Of a stretch of 64,000 nt of DNA, positions 63,301 to 64,000 are shown one piece after another. Position 1 is the stretch's first letter. Each line of letters opens with the position of its first letter. The position numbers were made by a program, and so were the translations under genes. Below the pieces are notes generated by a model. That model ran no database searches, was not told the DNA's origin, and saw only the letters and a list, made by a program, of their open reading frames with translations. Location of the stretch: positions 196,659-260,658 of IMG/VR virus record IMGVR_UViG_3300034012_003212. The stretch is one strand, 5' to 3'.

Positions 63301-64000
63301 TCAAGGAACCCAAGGTCTTCAGGGTCTTCAGGGTCTTCAAGGTCTTCAGGGATTGCAGGGAACTCAAGGAACTCAAGGAACTCAAGGAACTCAAGGAACC
63401 CAAGGTCTTCAGGGTCTTCAGGGTCTTCAGGGTCTCCAAGGTCTTCAGGGTCTTCAGGGATTGCAGGGAACTCAGGGGGTTCAGGGAACTCAGGGGGTTC
63501 AGGGAACTCAGGGTCTTCAGGGTCTTCAAGGTCTTCAGGGATTGCAGGGAACTCAGGGGGTTCAGGGAACCCAAGGTCTTCAGGGTCTTCAAGGTCTTCA
63601 GGGATTGCAGGGAACTCAAGGAACTCAAGGAACTCAAGGAACTCAGGGTCTTCAGGGTCTTCAGGGTCTTCAGGGTCTTCAAGGTCTTCAGGGATTGCAG
63701 GGAACTCAAGGAACTCAAGGAACTCAAGGAACTCAAGGAACCCAAGGTCTTCAGGGTCTTCAAGGTCTTCAGGGATTGCAGGGAACTCAAGGAACTCAAG
63801 GAACTCAAGGAACTCAAGGAACTCAGGGTCTTCAGGGTCTTCAGGGTCTTCAGGGTCTTCAAGGTCTTCAGGGATTGCAGGGAACTCAAGGAACTCAAGG
63901 AACCCAAGGTCTTCAGGGTCTTCAGGGTCTTCAGGGTCTTCAAGGTCTTCAGGGATTGCAGGGAACTCAAGGAACTCAAGGAACTCAAGGTCTTCAGGGA
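60359..64000 (+). CDS. Very long collagen-like (Gly-X-Gln)n protein with internal C1q-like domain; probable fibre; runs off window
   Basis: Manual translation from ATG 60359 ([17 protein letters not shown]...GMQGLQG); frame stays open through the globular insert and GLQ/GTQ/GNQ/GVQ triplets to the edge. Confidence 0.88.
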   Translation, partial: MPTSNIWVNGTQVYPMGNQDIGNLGMQGMQGLQGSPGGGGGFQGLQGLQGIRGFQGRQGSSGSGFQGFQGASASGLQGNQGIQGPAGGGGGGYQGLQGLQGNQGNQGPIGNTGSGTQGIQGLQGIQGLQGNQGNQGFQGIQGATGAGSQGIQGLQGLQGNQGNQGSQGATGAGTQGIQGLQGNQGNQGPAGGSGNGTQGFQGLQGLQGLQGLQGNQGSQGNQGATGAGTQGIQGLQGLQGLQGLQGLQGLQGLQGTQGAIGATGIGTQGLQGLQGVQGLQGLQGLQGNQGNQGNQGATGAGVQGLQGLQGNQGNQGPAGGSGNGTQGFQGLQGLQGLQGLQGIQGDQGNQGNQGATGAGVQGLQGFQGNQGVAGSSGTQGLQGLQGLQGLQGLQGLQGLQGNQGNQGVAGSSGTQGLQGLQGLQGIQGNQGNQGVAGSSGTQGLQGLQGLQGLQGLQGLQGLQGLQGNQGNQGNQGNQGNQGVAGSSGTQGLQGLQGLQGIQGNQGNQGVAGSSGTQGLQGLQGLQGNQGVAGSSGTQGLQGLQGLQGLQGLQGLQGNQGNQGPIGTGTQGLQGLQGLQGNQGNQGPIGTGTQGLQGLQGLQGNQGNQGFQGMQGPGGSGIFPSNYIVQGKLNADQTISSGSDAIIQFVDDFDPQNWYDASTYKFTPTIEGYYIIDAGVWFADPGSTNAQMNLQGRKNANTFAIAQEPNNSSGTGQSLGFTKIIYLNGTTDYIDFTVYQSTGVNRNIQQGSNGSGTWFSAALIPAGGTQGNQGNQGLQGLQGTQGTQGVQGTQGLQGLQGLQGLQGLQGTQGLQGLQGLQGTQGVQGTQGLQGLQGLQGLQGLQGTQGTQGVQGTQGVQGTQGTQGLQGLQGLQGLQGLQGLQGLQGTQGVQGTQGTQGLQGLQGLQGLQGLQGLQGTQGVQGTQGVQGTQGLQGLQGLQGLQGTQGVQGTQGVQGTQGLQGLQGLQGLQGLQGTQGVQGTQGTQGLQGLQGLQGLQGLQGTQGTQGTQGTQGTQGLQGLQGLQGLQGLQGLQGLQGTQGVQGTQGVQGTQGLQGLQGLQGLQGTQGVQGTQGLQGLQGLQGLQGTQGTQGTQGTQGLQGLQGLQGLQGLQGLQGTQGTQGTQGTQGTQGLQGLQGLQGLQGTQGTQGTQGTQGTQGLQGLQGLQGLQGLQGLQGTQGTQGTQGLQGLQGLQGLQGLQGLQGTQGTQGTQGLQG
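62215..62655 (+). other. C1q/TNF-like globular domain embedded in the collagen ORF
   Basis: [25 protein letters not shown] and [17 protein letters not shown] match the gC1q pattern (FTxPxxGxYxF; LxxGDxVxV). Confidence 0.7.
62660..64000 (+). repeat. Near-pure 9-bp-unit tandem repeat (GGTCTTCAG/GGAACTCAA/GGATTGCAG/GGGGTTCAG)
   Basis: Read directly from sequence; encodes GLQ/GTQ/GVQ. Confidence 0.95.

Noticed and set aside
60474-63988. Track ORFs 60474..61154+, 61245..62054+, 61422..61961-, 62642..63988-
   Set aside because: Alternative frames of the 9-bp collagen repeat; the real ORF starts at 60359 and is missing from the track because it has no stop in the window
1-64000. Stop-codon reassignment (alternative genetic code) as in some jumbo phages
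   Set aside because: Conserved genes translate full length in code 11, and TAA, TAG and TGA all occur as apparent gene ends
1-64000. tRNA or rRNA genes
   Set aside because: No cloverleaf or T-loop (GTTCRA) context recognised in the few intergenic gaps; tRNAscan was not run

Overview
This window looks like part of a large T4-related (jumbo) tailed-phage genome; all calls come from reading the sequence, with no database searches. (1) 1-28.3 kb: two divergent tandem arrays of short, cysteine-containing leucine-rich-repeat (LRR) genes. Nine read leftward (731-5086) and about 45 read rightward (6284-28283). Each gene has an N-cap, a variable number of 21-aa (63-bp) LRR modules and a TGF..PGVIP C-cap, and most follow the same 24-nt leader (GAGATTCCAAAATAGAAACTGAAT-ATG). 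Variation is concentrated at the predicted concave-face positions (x-L-x-L-x-x-C). Identical 76-120 bp patches are shared between distant genes and between the two arms, which suggests a recombination-shuffled binder repertoire analogous to lamprey VLRs. The arms are separated by a 1.2-kb spacer with outward-facing GATATATA motifs, iteron-like repeats, G-quadruplex-capable G-runs and a small acidic ORF. (2) 28.3-47.3 kb: flavodoxin-like gene, holin-like gene, probable internal-head proteins, portal (gp20), gp2/gp4-like genes, gp55-like late sigma factor, a large acidic head-associated protein and a gp15-like gene. (3) 47.3-60.1 kb: gp46/gp47, gp41 helicase, UvsX, a C-terminal-half-only family B polymerase, sliding clamp and topoisomerase II. 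The B subunit is fractured at the TOPRIM DxDxD motif by a split intein with a free-standing Vsr-like homing endonuclease between the halves. (4) From 60359 to the window end: a very long proline-poor (Gly-X-Gln)n collagen-like protein with an embedded C1q-like domain.
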